Positions 8,812 through 18,133 of a stretch of 30,422 nt of DNA are shown in pieces (positions within the stretch are counted from its first letter, which is position 1; each line of letters starts with the position of its first letter). Position numbers and translations under genes: made by a program. Where the stretch lies: positions 1 through 30,422 of the IMG/VR virus record IMGVR_UViG_3300032236_001020. One strand, 5' to 3'. Source of the DNA: a virus (lineage: Duplodnaviria; Caudoviricetes). Under the pieces are notes generated by a model. It saw nothing but the letters and a program-made list of their open reading frames with translations, was not told the DNA's origin and did not search any database.

Positions 8812-10105
8812 ATTTTTTGATGAGTTGGCTGCAAACAATTCTCGTAACTTCAAACTGGATACATTGAAGGCAAATGCTAACGATGTTGTCTTACGACAGG
8901 TTGTTAGTCTTGCTCTTGACCCATTTACAAATTTTTACATTCGTAAAATTCCAAAGTATAAACCAAACACCACAAGCACTAATCTTAATTTGAAAGATGC
9001 CTTCCCATACCTTTACCAATTGTGTAATCGTTTGGTAACTGGTAACGCTGCAATTGAGAAGTTGACGCAGGTACTTGAGATGGTTTCAGCTGATGACGCA
9101 AAGGTTCTTGAACGAATTATCAAGAAAGATCTATTGTGTGGTGTTTCAATCTCTACTGCCAATTCTATTTGGCCAGGATTGATCCGTGAGTATCCAGTTA
9201 TGCTCTGCTCTCCGTATGAGCAGAAGCTGGTAGACAAAATTAAATTCCCTGCATATGCGCAGTTGAAGATGGATGGTATGCGATTCAATGCTATCGTAAA
9301 AGATGGCGCAGTTGAATACCGTAGTCGTAATGGTAAAGAATTAAACCTGTTGGGTGAATTAGATGATCAATTCCTTAAAATGGCTGATGGTGGTGACTAT
9401 GTTTTCGATGGTGAACTTATGGTTATGTTTGATGGTGACCATCAGTTTGCTGATCGCCAGACTGGTAATGGTATCCTTAACAAAGCAAACAAGGGAACAA
9501 TCTCTGCAACCGAAGCAGGTTTGATTCACGCTACCGTATGGGATATGTTGCCGTATGTTTTGTTCTGCGAGTCATACAGTGATACACCATATGCGACTCG
9601 GTTTGCCAAACTCGGTAAGATGGTTGACAAGGTTCCATCTAAGGATAAACGAGTATGGCTGGTAACGAGTAACATCGTAAACACAATGGAAGAAGCCACA
9701 GAGATTTTTGAAGGCTATCTTGCGCAGGGGTTGGAAGGAATCATTCTCAAGGATGGTTCAGGTATTTGGGAAGATAAACGAGCCAAGCACCAGATCAAGT
9801 TCAAGGGTGAACTAGAATGTGATTTGAAGATTGTTGGTACTGAGCCACATAAGAAGAAACCTGAATGGCTGGGTGCAATCATTTGCGAGTCCAGTGATGG
9901 CATTATTAAAGTTAATGTAGGAAGTGGGTTCAATGATGATCACCGTAAGTCGTATAAAGAGAAAGATATTCTTGGCAAGATTGTCGCTATCAAATACAAT
10001 GCTCGGATTAAGAATAAAGCTGGTGAAGAAAGTTTGTTCCTCCCAGTCTTTGTCGAACTACGAGAAGACAAGGATATCGCAGATTCTGCTAAGGAAGTGA
10101 AATGA
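8798..10105 (+). CDS. ATP-dependent DNA ligase (T4 gp30-like)
   Basis: KMDG adenylation motif, FDGEL, EGIILK, VNVGSG OB-fold, LFLPVF. Confidence 0.95.
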   Translation: MNLNKFFDELAANNSRNFKLDTLKANANDVVLRQVVSLALDPFTNFYIRKIPKYKPNTTSTNLNLKDAFPYLYQLCNRLVTGNAAIEKLTQVLEMVSADDAKVLERIIKKDLLCGVSISTANSIWPGLIREYPVMLCSPYEQKLVDKIKFPAYAQLKMDGMRFNAIVKDGAVEYRSRNGKELNLLGELDDQFLKMADGGDYVFDGELMVMFDGDHQFADRQTGNGILNKANKGTISATEAGLIHATVWDMLPYVLFCESYSDTPYATRFAKLGKMVDKVPSKDKRVWLVTSNIVNTMEEATEIFEGYLAQGLEGIILKDGSGIWEDKRAKHQIKFKGELECDLKIVGTEPHKKKPEWLGAIICESSDGIIKVNVGSGFNDDHRKSYKEKDILGKIVAIKYNARIKNKAGEESLFLPVFVELREDKDIADSAKEVK

Positions 10106-10287
10106 ATGAACATATTAAACAACTTGCCGAACAGGCGTATCAATTATGTGGTAAGCATTCTAATGATTATAATGGTCCAGCATTTACGGAAAAGTTTGCC
10201 GAGTTGATTATTAGAGAATGTATTGCTCAATGTAATGATGGTGATAGTCGGTGGTTTATCGCACAACATTTCGGAGTTGAAGAATGA
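10102..10287 (+). CDS. Hypothetical protein, MNE.IKQLA family
   Basis: ATGA coupling; paralog of next ORF C-terminal part. Confidence 0.75.
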   Translation: MNEHIKQLAEQAYQLCGKHSNDYNGPAFTEKFAELIIRECIAQCNDGDSRWFIAQHFGVEE

Positions 10288-10610
10288 ACGATCCAGTTAA
10301 AGGTTGTGATGTATATAAAAATATTGGATGTGCCCATATTGATGGATTCCTTTGTGATTATCCAAACTGCTCTATATTGAAAGATTATAAAATGAATGAA
10401 CGAATTAAACAACTTGCCAGACAAGCAGGATTCGATGTAGAACGAATGGAAATAAATCATGCTAATGGTAATCCGTCAATGGCAGAACAGTTTGCCGAGT
10501 TGATTCTACAGGACTGCATGTCTATCTGTGAAGAACTCGGTGATAAGGGTTTAGATGGTCATTATTGTGTAGATAAGATTCGCAAGGAATTTGGAGTATG
10601 TCCGCAGTAA
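10284..10610 (+). CDS. Hypothetical protein; Cys/His-rich N-terminus fused to an MNERIKQLA module (internal ATG 10392)
   Basis: Translation. Confidence 0.7.
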   Translation: MNDPVKGCDVYKNIGCAHIDGFLCDYPNCSILKDYKMNERIKQLARQAGFDVERMEINHANGNPSMAEQFAELILQDCMSICEELGDKGLDGHYCVDKIRKEFGVCPQ

Positions 10611-10650
10611 TCGCAATGGCTATAATTATAGTAATGGAGTTGGCATCGAA

Positions 10651-10872
10651 ATGAAACTAGCAGATCAATTTTCTAAATCTTTACCCCAGAAGTGGAACTA
10701 TGGAGACAGAGTATTCGCAAAGTGGGAGGGTGTTCCCCTAGTAGGAATGGTAATAAGACAGAATGAGTTTGGTGTGCTAATACATGCAGATCTTCCCCTC
10801 GGAGCAAACGAAGGAAGACAGGTAATATATTGCGATCCCAAAACTGTTAAGAAATTGAAAGTAATAGAGTGA
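10651..10872 (+). CDS. Hypothetical protein, possible SH3-like barrel
   Basis: ATG 10651 after GGAG; TATAAT at 10621 with weak -35. Confidence 0.65.
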   Translation: MKLADQFSKSLPQKWNYGDRVFAKWEGVPLVGMVIRQNEFGVLIHADLPLGANEGRQVIYCDPKTVKKLKVIE

Positions 10873-10953
10873 CAGTGCAGCATTTGGCGTTGTGGTAGAA
10901 ATAGAGAAAAATAGTTCCACTGCATCCTGCTGTGCTCTATTAACACACTGTCC
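10871..10953 (-). ncRNA. Candidate ~83-nt structured small RNA with pseudoknot
   Basis: Nested stems GACAGTG/CACTGTC, CAGCA/TGCTG, GTGG/CCAC plus crossing ATAGAG/CTCTAT; minus-strand AATAAATA at 10957-10964. Confidence 0.45.
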
Positions 10954-10976
10954 AATTATTTATTTGCAAATGCAAT

Positions 10977-11005
10977 TTGCCCAAAATTTTAGAATGCGGT
11001 ATAAT
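10977..11005 (+). promoter_or_regulatory. Early sigma70-like promoter
   Basis: TTGCCC-N17-TATAAT. Confidence 0.8.
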
Positions 11006-11035
11006 AGTTTTATAGATTAACTTGAGGAGTTTGAA

Positions 11036-11707
11036 ATGCCTAACTGGTGCGACAATGCTGTGACAATCAGCCATGAAGATAAGTCTAAGATCGATGCAAT
11101 CGTTGCTGGTCTTGAGAAAGAAGACAAAGAATTCTTGAATGTGATTCGACCAAATCCTTCTGGTGAGTGGGACTATGGTTGGTCAGTTGACAATTGGGGT
11201 ACTAAGTGGGAAGCTGGTATCATCGATTGGAATCGAGAAGATGACAATACTGTTTGGGTATCGTTTGACTCTGCTTGGTCTCCACCGATTGCAATCTACG
11301 AGTTTATGCATGAAGAAGGTTATGAAGTCCGTGCTGTTTATCACGAAGGTGGTATGGCATTCTGTGGTCGTTATGAAGATGGCTACGATGACTTCTATGA
11401 ATATGATCTTAGCGACATTAGCAATATCCCTGAAGACATTGCAGACTTTGCTGACTTGCAGTATCGTCATGACGAGTGGGTTGAAGAGCAATTAGAAGAA
11501 AAGTTATCTGAACTAGAACGCACTGAGTGGTTTGATGTTATTGAAAAGCCAGTTCGTGAAGGTCGTTATGAAGTTGTTTCAACTGCATGGGAATTTCCTC
11601 AGTATTGCAATTGGAATGGTAAGAAATGGGGTCGTTGGCAAGACGATGAGATCGATGTTATTAAATGGCGAGGTCTTGTCGAAGAATATACAGAAAGCGA
11701 AGAATAA
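11036..11707 (+). CDS. YubB/DUF1281-like ferredoxin-fold protein
   Basis: MPNWCDN, NWGTKW, FDSAWSPP motifs; SD GAGGAG. Confidence 0.75.
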   Translation: MPNWCDNAVTISHEDKSKIDAIVAGLEKEDKEFLNVIRPNPSGEWDYGWSVDNWGTKWEAGIIDWNREDDNTVWVSFDSAWSPPIAIYEFMHEEGYEVRAVYHEGGMAFCGRYEDGYDDFYEYDLSDISNIPEDIADFADLQYRHDEWVEEQLEEKLSELERTEWFDVIEKPVREGRYEVVSTAWEFPQYCNWNGKKWGRWQDDEIDVIKWRGLVEEYTESEE

Positions 11708-11931
11708 TGGTTCTAGACTCTCTGATTAAGCAAAAGATTTTCTTTGATGTTAAAGACAAGAAACATGTAGATTCTTACAGGAAGTTTTTAATAACAGGTG
11801 CATGGGGTAAAGATACATGTCCATACATTTTGGAGTTTCCTTACCTTACTATTCCTGATATGATTAAAGACAAATTGATTCATAGTTTTTTAAAGATTAA
11901 AAAGGTAACATATGCAAGTCGCTATCAATAG
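11707..11931 (+). CDS. Hypothetical protein
   Basis: TAATG coupling; WGKDTCPYILEFPY. Confidence 0.7.
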   Translation: MVLDSLIKQKIFFDVKDKKHVDSYRKFLITGAWGKDTCPYILEFPYLTIPDMIKDKLIHSFLKIKKVTYASRYQ

Positions 11932-12277
11932 ATGTTATGGTGGGTTCGGCATCTCAAATTTGGCGTTTGAGAAATTACTCGAGCGCAAGGGTATTGCATT
12001 CAATAAAGTTCCAGCCAAGTGGCCAATTCGTGGAAACGAATTTGATTATTACAGAGTTGATGCAGATCCTGATGGCGAAGATTACCTTAGTGAGTATGAC
12101 TTCTTTGATAATCGTGCCGATGCAGATTTGATTGCAGTGATTGAAGAGTTGGGTAAAGACTCTTGGGGTTGGGCAGCAGAGATCGCCATTGTTGAAATTC
12201 CTGATGATGTTAAATGGCACATTCACGAGTACGATGGTATGGAATATGTGGCTGAAGATCATAGGACATGGTCATGA
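11912..12277 (+). CDS. Conserved phage hypothetical (INRCYGGF...EYDGME)
   Basis: ORF with SD AAGGT. Confidence 0.8.
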   Translation: MQVAINRCYGGFGISNLAFEKLLERKGIAFNKVPAKWPIRGNEFDYYRVDADPDGEDYLSEYDFFDNRADADLIAVIEELGKDSWGWAAEIAIVEIPDDVKWHIHEYDGMEYVAEDHRTWS

Positions 12278-12540
12278 ACGAAGTGAAAACTGAAAACGAA
12301 CATCTGTTTCCTAGTGGTGGATTGAGTATTCCCTATGAAGTTGGTCATGCAATTACTAAGGAATGTCTGATTGACTCTCGAAACTATCTTAGAAGTGAGT
12401 TGGAACAGTGGAATGCAAATCCAAAAGATGATTTAAATCCTGATGGTTATTGGATGCATCCAGACGACATCGTATTGAACGGAAAACTAATTCGTGCGAT
12501 GGATATCCTTATTGATTATTTTGGTGGTGAAAATGCGTAA
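12274..12540 (+). CDS. Hypothetical protein
   Basis: ATGA coupling. Confidence 0.7.
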   Translation: MNEVKTENEHLFPSGGLSIPYEVGHAITKECLIDSRNYLRSELEQWNANPKDDLNPDGYWMHPDDIVLNGKLIRAMDILIDYFGGENA

Positions 12541-13075
12541 AGAACTAGACGAAGCACTCTGTGCAAAGTATCCGCTGATCTTTAAAGATCGTCATGAGAA
12601 CATGCAGAACACAGCAATGTGCTGGGGTTTTGAATGTGGCGATGGTTGGTATAATATCATCGATGCTCTTTGCGGTTTGTTGACAAGCAAGTATCGTCAA
12701 GCCAAAGATCGCTACGAGCATCTTGTTGAAGTTGGTGTTGGTAATGTTCTTTATGGAACAAAAACACTAACTCAAGAAGACTTTGATGATGCGAAAGCAA
12801 AGTTTGATGTTGAAACTGCCAAGGTTCCAGTTGCTGTTCAAGTCAAAGAAAAGTTTGGCGGACTGCGTTTCTATGTGCAAGCAGCAACAGATGAACATTA
12901 CAATTACATTAGTTTCGCAGAGTCGATGAGTTATCGTACTTGCGAACAGTGTGGTGCTCCAGGTAAAAGATATACCGATGGTTGGCATACAACTCTGTGT
13001 GATATTCATGCAGATATGATGGGTCGACAAGATGAATATGAAGATGAAACTGAGGTAGACGAAAATGCTGTATAG
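12533..13075 (+). CDS. Conserved phage hypothetical (GDGW, QVKEKFGGLRFY, C-terminal CxxC..C..H Zn site)
   Basis: Motifs in translation. Confidence 0.8.
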   Translation: MRKELDEALCAKYPLIFKDRHENMQNTAMCWGFECGDGWYNIIDALCGLLTSKYRQAKDRYEHLVEVGVGNVLYGTKTLTQEDFDDAKAKFDVETAKVPVAVQVKEKFGGLRFYVQAATDEHYNYISFAESMSYRTCEQCGAPGKRYTDGWHTTLCDIHADMMGRQDEYEDETEVDENAV

Positions 13076-13439
13076 TAAAGACCAACTGCCTGAAATCTTC
13101 AAGCGCATCGACGATCTTATCATTGGCTCTGGTTTCAAGTCATACAAAGAACCAGCACCGAAATATATCATGGGTCCAAACTGGACTGATGAGTTGCGTG
13201 AGAAAAATGGATATACCCTCATCGATGGTGAGTGGTTTCAAGTTAAAGCTGTGCAAGCTGAATGGGATGTATTTAAAAAAGATCTGGAGTCGTTGTTTGA
13301 TGATATTTCTAAACAACGAGCCAAGATAGAGTTACAACAAAGGAGACTATGGGAAATGGAATATGGTCTACGAGTTGCAGCAAAGGCATTAAATAATTCT
13401 CTTAAACTTACGCAGGATTTGATTAACAATGACATATGA
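13065..13439 (+). CDS. Hypothetical protein
   Basis: SD GAGGT; ORF. Confidence 0.75.
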   Translation: MLYSKDQLPEIFKRIDDLIIGSGFKSYKEPAPKYIMGPNWTDELREKNGYTLIDGEWFQVKAVQAEWDVFKKDLESLFDDISKQRAKIELQQRRLWEMEYGLRVAAKALNNSLKLTQDLINNDI

Positions 13440-13656
13440 CAGAAAGGTTCCAGCCTTGTTACAATCTAAAGCAAGTATTACTGAGACGATCAGTATCGCT
13501 GTAAAGCGAGAATTCGTGGAGGGATATGTATTGTCCAAGAAGTTGAAAGACTTCGGGATTAACAATCCTATGTTAGTATCAGCCAATCGACCAGAACAGG
13601 GCGAGGATACATATATTAAAGTAAAGGTGATAGTAGATGACAGTCCTACAGCGTAA
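13429..13656 (+). CDS. Hypothetical protein
   Basis: ORF in tightly packed operon. Confidence 0.65.
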   Translation: MTYDRKVPALLQSKASITETISIAVKREFVEGYVLSKKLKDFGINNPMLVSANRPEQGEDTYIKVKVIVDDSPTA

Positions 13657-13882
13657 TGTGGTTGAATACCAAGAGATTGATTTCTCGGATGGATATCAAA
13701 TTCGTTTAGAACATTGGCATGAGAAGAAATATGACACTCATACAATTACAGTAAAACGAAAAAATATTATGCCAGAGTATGCAGACAAACCTGTATATCC
13801 AGACATTCAGTTCCATTTAGATACAGAACACTTTAAGAAGTTTTGTGAGTTTTTTAATATGATTAGCGGAGAAACATTATGA
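13637..13882 (+). CDS. Hypothetical protein
   Basis: ORF with SD AAGGTG. Confidence 0.7.
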   Translation: MTVLQRNVVEYQEIDFSDGYQIRLEHWHEKKYDTHTITVKRKNIMPEYADKPVYPDIQFHLDTEHFKKFCEFFNMISGETL

Positions 13883-14223
13883 TTTCAAGTAACAGCGGTA
13901 TTGATTTTATTTCATTGGCAAGAGCATCTGGTGTAGATCCAGAGTCTATTATGAAAGAGCCAGAGTTTGCAGAGTTTATGCGTGGATACCTCGCTGAGAA
14001 TACTGCAGTTGTAACCTTTACCAAGAAAGACGGCACTAGTCGTGTAATGCGTTGCACTCGTGACTCTTCAGTTATTCCATTGGCTAAGTTGCCGAAGGAA
14101 GATCCAGCCAAGTCAGCAAAGGCTCCAACAGGCGACGCAGTTCAAGCGTTTGATTTGGATCTTGGTGAATGGCGTGCATTTAACACTAGCAATATTACTC
14201 GCATTGAATGGGCACAAGTATGA
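13879..14223 (+). CDS. WYL-like/Sm-like SH3 beta-barrel protein
   Basis: VTFTKKDGTSRVMRCT...FDLDLGEWRAF. Confidence 0.75.
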   Translation: MISSNSGIDFISLARASGVDPESIMKEPEFAEFMRGYLAENTAVVTFTKKDGTSRVMRCTRDSSVIPLAKLPKEDPAKSAKAPTGDAVQAFDLDLGEWRAFNTSNITRIEWAQV

Positions 14224-14489
14224 CACAAACAATTTCCAGTCCAGCAGATCGCACAAAGATCAAGAAGATGCTTGGAGAGATCTCCAGCAGCATGACACGA
14301 ATTGAAGCAGAACGAGATTTGATCCGTGAAACTATCAAGGAAATGTCTGACCAGTTCCAACTACCAAAGAAAACTTTGAATCGTATGGCTAAGGTTTATC
14401 ACAAACAGAACTATACGCAAGAGGTCGCAGACCACGAAGAATTCGAATCACTTTATGAAACAATCGTTCAGGAGAAAACTAATGGGTAA
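14220..14489 (+). CDS. dsbA: T4 DsbA-like double-stranded DNA-binding protein
   Basis: KKTLNRMAKVYHKQN...EEFESLYETIV resembles T4 DsbA; near rnh as in T4. Confidence 0.75.
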   Translation: MTQTISSPADRTKIKKMLGEISSSMTRIEAERDLIRETIKEMSDQFQLPKKTLNRMAKVYHKQNYTQEVADHEEFESLYETIVQEKTNG

Positions 14490-14670
14490 ACTTGCAATTG
14501 CTGGCTTCATTATTATTGCACTGTTAATTCTTGCACCAGTTGCAACTATTTGGTCTTTGAATACACTGTTCCCCTCTCTTGCGATCCCTGTCACCTTTAA
14601 TACATGGTGTGCGTCTTTGGTCCTCGGTGGTGTCGTTGGTGGATCCACTGGACTCAGCTTTAAAAAGTAA
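14482..14670 (+). CDS. Small membrane protein
   Basis: SD AGGAG; two hydrophobic segments. Confidence 0.75.
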   Translation: MGKLAIAGFIIIALLILAPVATIWSLNTLFPSLAIPVTFNTWCASLVLGGVVGGSTGLSFKK

Positions 14671-14684
14671 TACTTTTGGAATAC

Positions 14685-14713
14685 TTGTCTTTAATTCGGA
14701 TCTATGGTATAAT
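14685..14713 (+). promoter_or_regulatory. Early sigma70-like promoter
   Basis: TTGTCT-N17-TATAAT; 15-bp palindrome AAAAGTAATACTTTT at 14663-14677. Confidence 0.8.
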
Positions 14714-14738
14714 TATATTCTAAGGAGGTAATTTACCT

Positions 14739-15842
14739 ATGGCTACGACAGCAAAACGCAAAGCACAAGTTGCAAAAGTTGAACGGATGATGAAGGGTTC
14801 GGAAGTTTCCCTTCATCCAGATACATACAAACGAGATTTGATCATTGCACTGAATTATTACAATTCAAACCATGACGACAAAGAAAAGAAGAAGTGGCTA
14901 ATCAGTCACATCGCAGCAACAGATAAGAAAGCTGCAGTTGAACTATTGAAGATTGACGAGTATCAATTTCGCTATGCAGGTATCCTTGCACGAATTACCG
15001 ATGGTGGTTCTGAACTGCAAGAGAAGGAAGCATTGTATCTTGAAAACGAGATCAGCCGACTCAAGAAGTTTGTTCACAAGCCAGTTGTTGTAAAGGTTGA
15101 GGAAGACAAACCAGTGACCAATGTAATTTCTATCCAAGAACGCATGCTCGACAAAGCACGAGAAGTTGCTGGTGAGATCGATGGTCAGTTGGATGACTTT
15201 GTATTGTTCGACAAGACATTTGATCCGAAGGATATCCTGAAAGGTATGAATGTTGCTGGTCCAATCGCTAAACTGATTGCACCAATGTATGACAAACTGA
15301 TCGCAGAACTACAGGAAGTTCTTGAAGGTGAAGACGATCAGTTGGCAGAAGGTTATTCTCACATGAAGAAAACCAAGATCAAGAAGTATCTTGCTCTGGT
15401 TGAATCTATTAAGGATGCCTGTGGTTTGCAGGTTCAAGTGGCTAAGGCTACTCGTATGCCACGCAAGCGCAAAGAGAAACCAGCTGGTGTAATCGTTGCC
15501 AAGATGAAGTTTATGAAAGAGCATACTGAATACGGTATCAAGTCTGTTGTTGCATCGTCTATTGTAAACAGTCAAGAGTTGTGGGTTTTCAATACAAAGT
15601 ATAAGAAACTGCAGGTGTATCGTGCAGCAGATCCAAAGGGTTTGTCTATCAAAGGCACTACGGTAATCGGCTACGATCCTAGCAATTCTGGTAGTCGAAC
15701 ACTGCGTAAGCCAGAGTTAGTTTCTAGTTATCAGGGTATGGGTAAACGACCACTGAACAATGCATACAAAGCATTGACAACAAAGGAACAGGCAGTTAAT
15801 GGTCGCATTAACGAAGAATGTATTTTACTGAAGGTATTTTAA
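14739..15842 (+). CDS. Conserved hypothetical protein of T4-like phages
   Basis: 367 aa; SD AAGGAGG; LWVFNTKYKKL, RTLRKPE, NGRINEECILLKV. Confidence 0.85.
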   Translation: MATTAKRKAQVAKVERMMKGSEVSLHPDTYKRDLIIALNYYNSNHDDKEKKKWLISHIAATDKKAAVELLKIDEYQFRYAGILARITDGGSELQEKEALYLENEISRLKKFVHKPVVVKVEEDKPVTNVISIQERMLDKAREVAGEIDGQLDDFVLFDKTFDPKDILKGMNVAGPIAKLIAPMYDKLIAELQEVLEGEDDQLAEGYSHMKKTKIKKYLALVESIKDACGLQVQVAKATRMPRKRKEKPAGVIVAKMKFMKEHTEYGIKSVVASSIVNSQELWVFNTKYKKLQVYRAADPKGLSIKGTTVIGYDPSNSGSRTLRKPELVSSYQGMGKRPLNNAYKALTTKEQAVNGRINEECILLKVF

Positions 15843-16714
15843 TGATTCTAATTGACTATTCGCAGGTATCTTTAGCAAACATTCTTTCGTTCAAGAAAGA
15901 GTTGATGTCAGGAGATTCAAAGGTTACTACTGACTTAATCCGTCACGCAACCATCTCAACAATTAAATCCTACAAAAAGAAGTATGGAAAAGACTATGGT
16001 GACATAGTTATTTGTTGTGATGGTCGCAACTACTGGCGTCGCCAATACTTCGAGCACTACAAGGCATCTCGTAAGAAGAATCGTGACGCATCTGATCTTG
16101 ATTGGAAAATGATTTTTGATACGCTTGGAGTAATCCGTGAAGAGATCAAAGAACACTTTCCCTACAAGGTTATTCATCTCGACCAGTGCGAAGCAGACGA
16201 CATCATTGCGGTGTTGACTCAGCAAACACAGGAGTTCGGTTTCGATGAGCCAGTGATGATTGTCTCAAGCGACAAAGACTTTAAGCAATTACATAAGTTT
16301 GATAATGTAAAGCAATACAGTCCGTTGATGAAGAAGATGATTACTGCCAAGAAGTCTGAGATCCACGAGAACTACATTACGCATATCGTAAAGGGTGATA
16401 CAGGTGACGGCATTCCAAACATTCTGAGTAAGGATGATTGTTTTGTTACTGGCACTCGCCAAACACCAGTGTCTGCAAAACGATTGACAGACTTTATGGT
16501 CAATGGTATCCATGCATGCAAAAACGATGAAGAGAAACGAAACTGGCAACGCAACCAGATGTTGGTAAACTTTGAGATGATTCCAGATAACATCAAGAAA
16601 TTGGTTCTCGATGAATACCTAAGTAGTAAACCAAAAGGCGACAAGATGGCGATTATGAATTATCTGATTGCCAACAGATGTCGATTGTTACTAGATGAAA
16701 TAGAGGAGTTTTAA
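15842..16714 (+). CDS. rnh: T4 RNase H-like 5'-3' exonuclease / flap endonuclease
   Basis: ILIDYSQ, WRR..YKASR, EADDII, SSDKDFKQL, GDTGDGIPN. Confidence 0.93.
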   Translation: MILIDYSQVSLANILSFKKELMSGDSKVTTDLIRHATISTIKSYKKKYGKDYGDIVICCDGRNYWRRQYFEHYKASRKKNRDASDLDWKMIFDTLGVIREEIKEHFPYKVIHLDQCEADDIIAVLTQQTQEFGFDEPVMIVSSDKDFKQLHKFDNVKQYSPLMKKMITAKKSEIHENYITHIVKGDTGDGIPNILSKDDCFVTGTRQTPVSAKRLTDFMVNGIHACKNDEEKRNWQRNQMLVNFEMIPDNIKKLVLDEYLSSKPKGDKMAIMNYLIANRCRLLLDEIEEF

Positions 16715-17145
16715 TGGCACAGCCAATTACAGAAATTTTAAGTGAGTTGAACGAGAATCCTAAACTGTTGGAAACAAAGTTCAGAGATCGTTATGCAGCA
16801 TTGAAAGTTATTTTTGAGTATGCATACGACAAAGAGAAAAAATGGTTGCTTCCAGAAGGAGATCCTCCATACAAACCACCAGTTGAACCACTCGGTATGA
16901 CACCAACAAACTTATACACAGAGTTGCGTCGGTTCTATGTGTTCTGCCGTCCAGACTTGAAGCAGTTGCAGAGAGAAACGATGTATGTGGGTTTACTTGA
17001 GGGTATCCACCCAGACGAAGCCAAGATGATTGGGGCTGTAAAAGACCAAAAATTGAACAAAATCTACCCAAAATTGACCCGAAAATGGGCTGAAGAGGTC
17101 GGTTTCGTGCAAAAAGTCGAGAAAGTAGCCAAAAAACCCTCGTAA
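16714..17145 (+). CDS. Conserved hypothetical protein of T4-like phages
   Basis: LPEGDPPY, RETMYVGLLEGIHPDEA. Confidence 0.8.
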   Translation: MAQPITEILSELNENPKLLETKFRDRYAALKVIFEYAYDKEKKWLLPEGDPPYKPPVEPLGMTPTNLYTELRRFYVFCRPDLKQLQRETMYVGLLEGIHPDEAKMIGAVKDQKLNKIYPKLTRKWAEEVGFVQKVEKVAKKPS

Positions 17146-17192
17146 GTTGTTGATTTTATGAGGAAAAAATAACCCTACCGAGCGTAGGGTTT
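17143..17192. promoter_or_regulatory. IHF-consensus site (17143-17155) plus 23-bp palindromic box copy 2 (17170-17192)
   Basis: TAAGTTGTTGATT; TAACCCTAC CGAGC GTAGGGTTT (could also act as a terminator). Confidence 0.65.
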
Positions 17193-17205
17193 TTGCATTT
17201 AGTGC

Positions 17206-17234
17206 TTGCCTTTAATTGCAAGATCTCGTATAAT
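17206..17234 (+). promoter_or_regulatory. Early sigma70-like promoter; near-duplicate of the 7152 promoter and leader
   Basis: TTGCCT-N17-TATAAT then TATTATATGGAATCGAGAAAAGGA. Confidence 0.85.
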
Positions 17235-17264
17235 TATTATATGGAATCGAGAAAAGGACTAAAA

Positions 17265-17549
17265 ATGTTGAAATTTGCAAATGTGGCTTCTGTTGGTGAT
17301 GTTATCCGTGCTTACGACTTCAAGCCAATGGCTGGTCGCAACGATTGTTTCGTTGAAGGTAAAGTTGTTTCAAAGGGTAAGAACAGCAAAGCGATGTTCG
17401 ACTGCTACGAAATTTTGGTGTCCAAAGATGTGTTTGATGGTAAGGTTATGAAAGGTGTGCGTAACTCTCGTCTGGCAAAGACTGTGTTTGTGCCCTTTGA
17501 AGTTTCGTTTATGGAATACGATGCTCGCATCATTAACTTGTCTAAGTAA
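17265..17549 (+). CDS. Hypothetical protein
   Basis: SD AAAGGA; MLKFANVASVGDVIRAYDF. Confidence 0.8.
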   Translation: MLKFANVASVGDVIRAYDFKPMAGRNDCFVEGKVVSKGKNSKAMFDCYEILVSKDVFDGKVMKGVRNSRLAKTVFVPFEVSFMEYDARIINLSK

Positions 17550-17559
17550 GGAGAAAATT

Positions 17560-17721
17560 ATGAAAGGTTCTATTCGTGCTTTGGTTGGTTTTATGATTAC
17601 TTTCGGTGCTGTTGGTGGTATGGAAGATCCCACTAACTCGCTGTTGGTTGGTGTCGTGATTGCTGCTGTTGGTTTGGCAATTATGGCTTCTGGTGTGTTT
17701 GCTATGAAGGAGACTGTATGA
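17560..17721 (+). CDS. Small two-TM membrane protein
   Basis: SD AAGGAG. Confidence 0.75.
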   Translation: MKGSIRALVGFMITFGAVGGMEDPTNSLLVGVVIAAVGLAIMASGVFAMKETV

Positions 17722-17891
17722 TCGCTGATGTGAACTACTGGTTGGCAGTTGCTGCTGAAGACATCCGTCGTGAAAAGATCGATGCCGAGTATGAAGAAGA
17801 ATTGAAAGAGTTGGAGTTGCAAAAGCAGTATGAGTTTTTGTCTTATGCTGACGAATGCGCAAATGATGATGCACAATATTATGGAGCCTAA
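17718..17891 (+). CDS. Small acidic protein, 57 aa
   Basis: SD AAGGAG; ATGA coupling; hand translation. Confidence 0.65.
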   Translation: MIADVNYWLAVAAEDIRREKIDAEYEEELKELELQKQYEFLSYADECANDDAQYYGA

Positions 17892-17892
17892 T

Positions 17893-18132
17893 ATGGTTAT
17901 TGATACAATTGAATATCGTGGTGAGGTTTTTGAACGCACCCATGGAAGTCCTTTCGATCGTGGTGCAGCAGATAGCTACTACCATCGTCCAGAAGATCCA
18001 CACTACTACCCTGAGGGTACTTACAGAGGTGATCGTGTTGAATCCAAAGACATGAGTATGGCAGAGTTGCGTGCTTACTTTGCTGGCTACGAATACAACG
18101 AGAAATTTGGTGATAAGAAAGATTGGGGTTAA
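17893..18132 (+). CDS. Hypothetical protein (HGSPFDRGAADSYY)
   Basis: SD GGAG; ATG 17893. Confidence 0.8.
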   Translation: MVIDTIEYRGEVFERTHGSPFDRGAADSYYHRPEDPHYYPEGTYRGDRVESKDMSMAELRAYFAGYEYNEKFGDKKDWG

Positions 18133-18133
18133 T

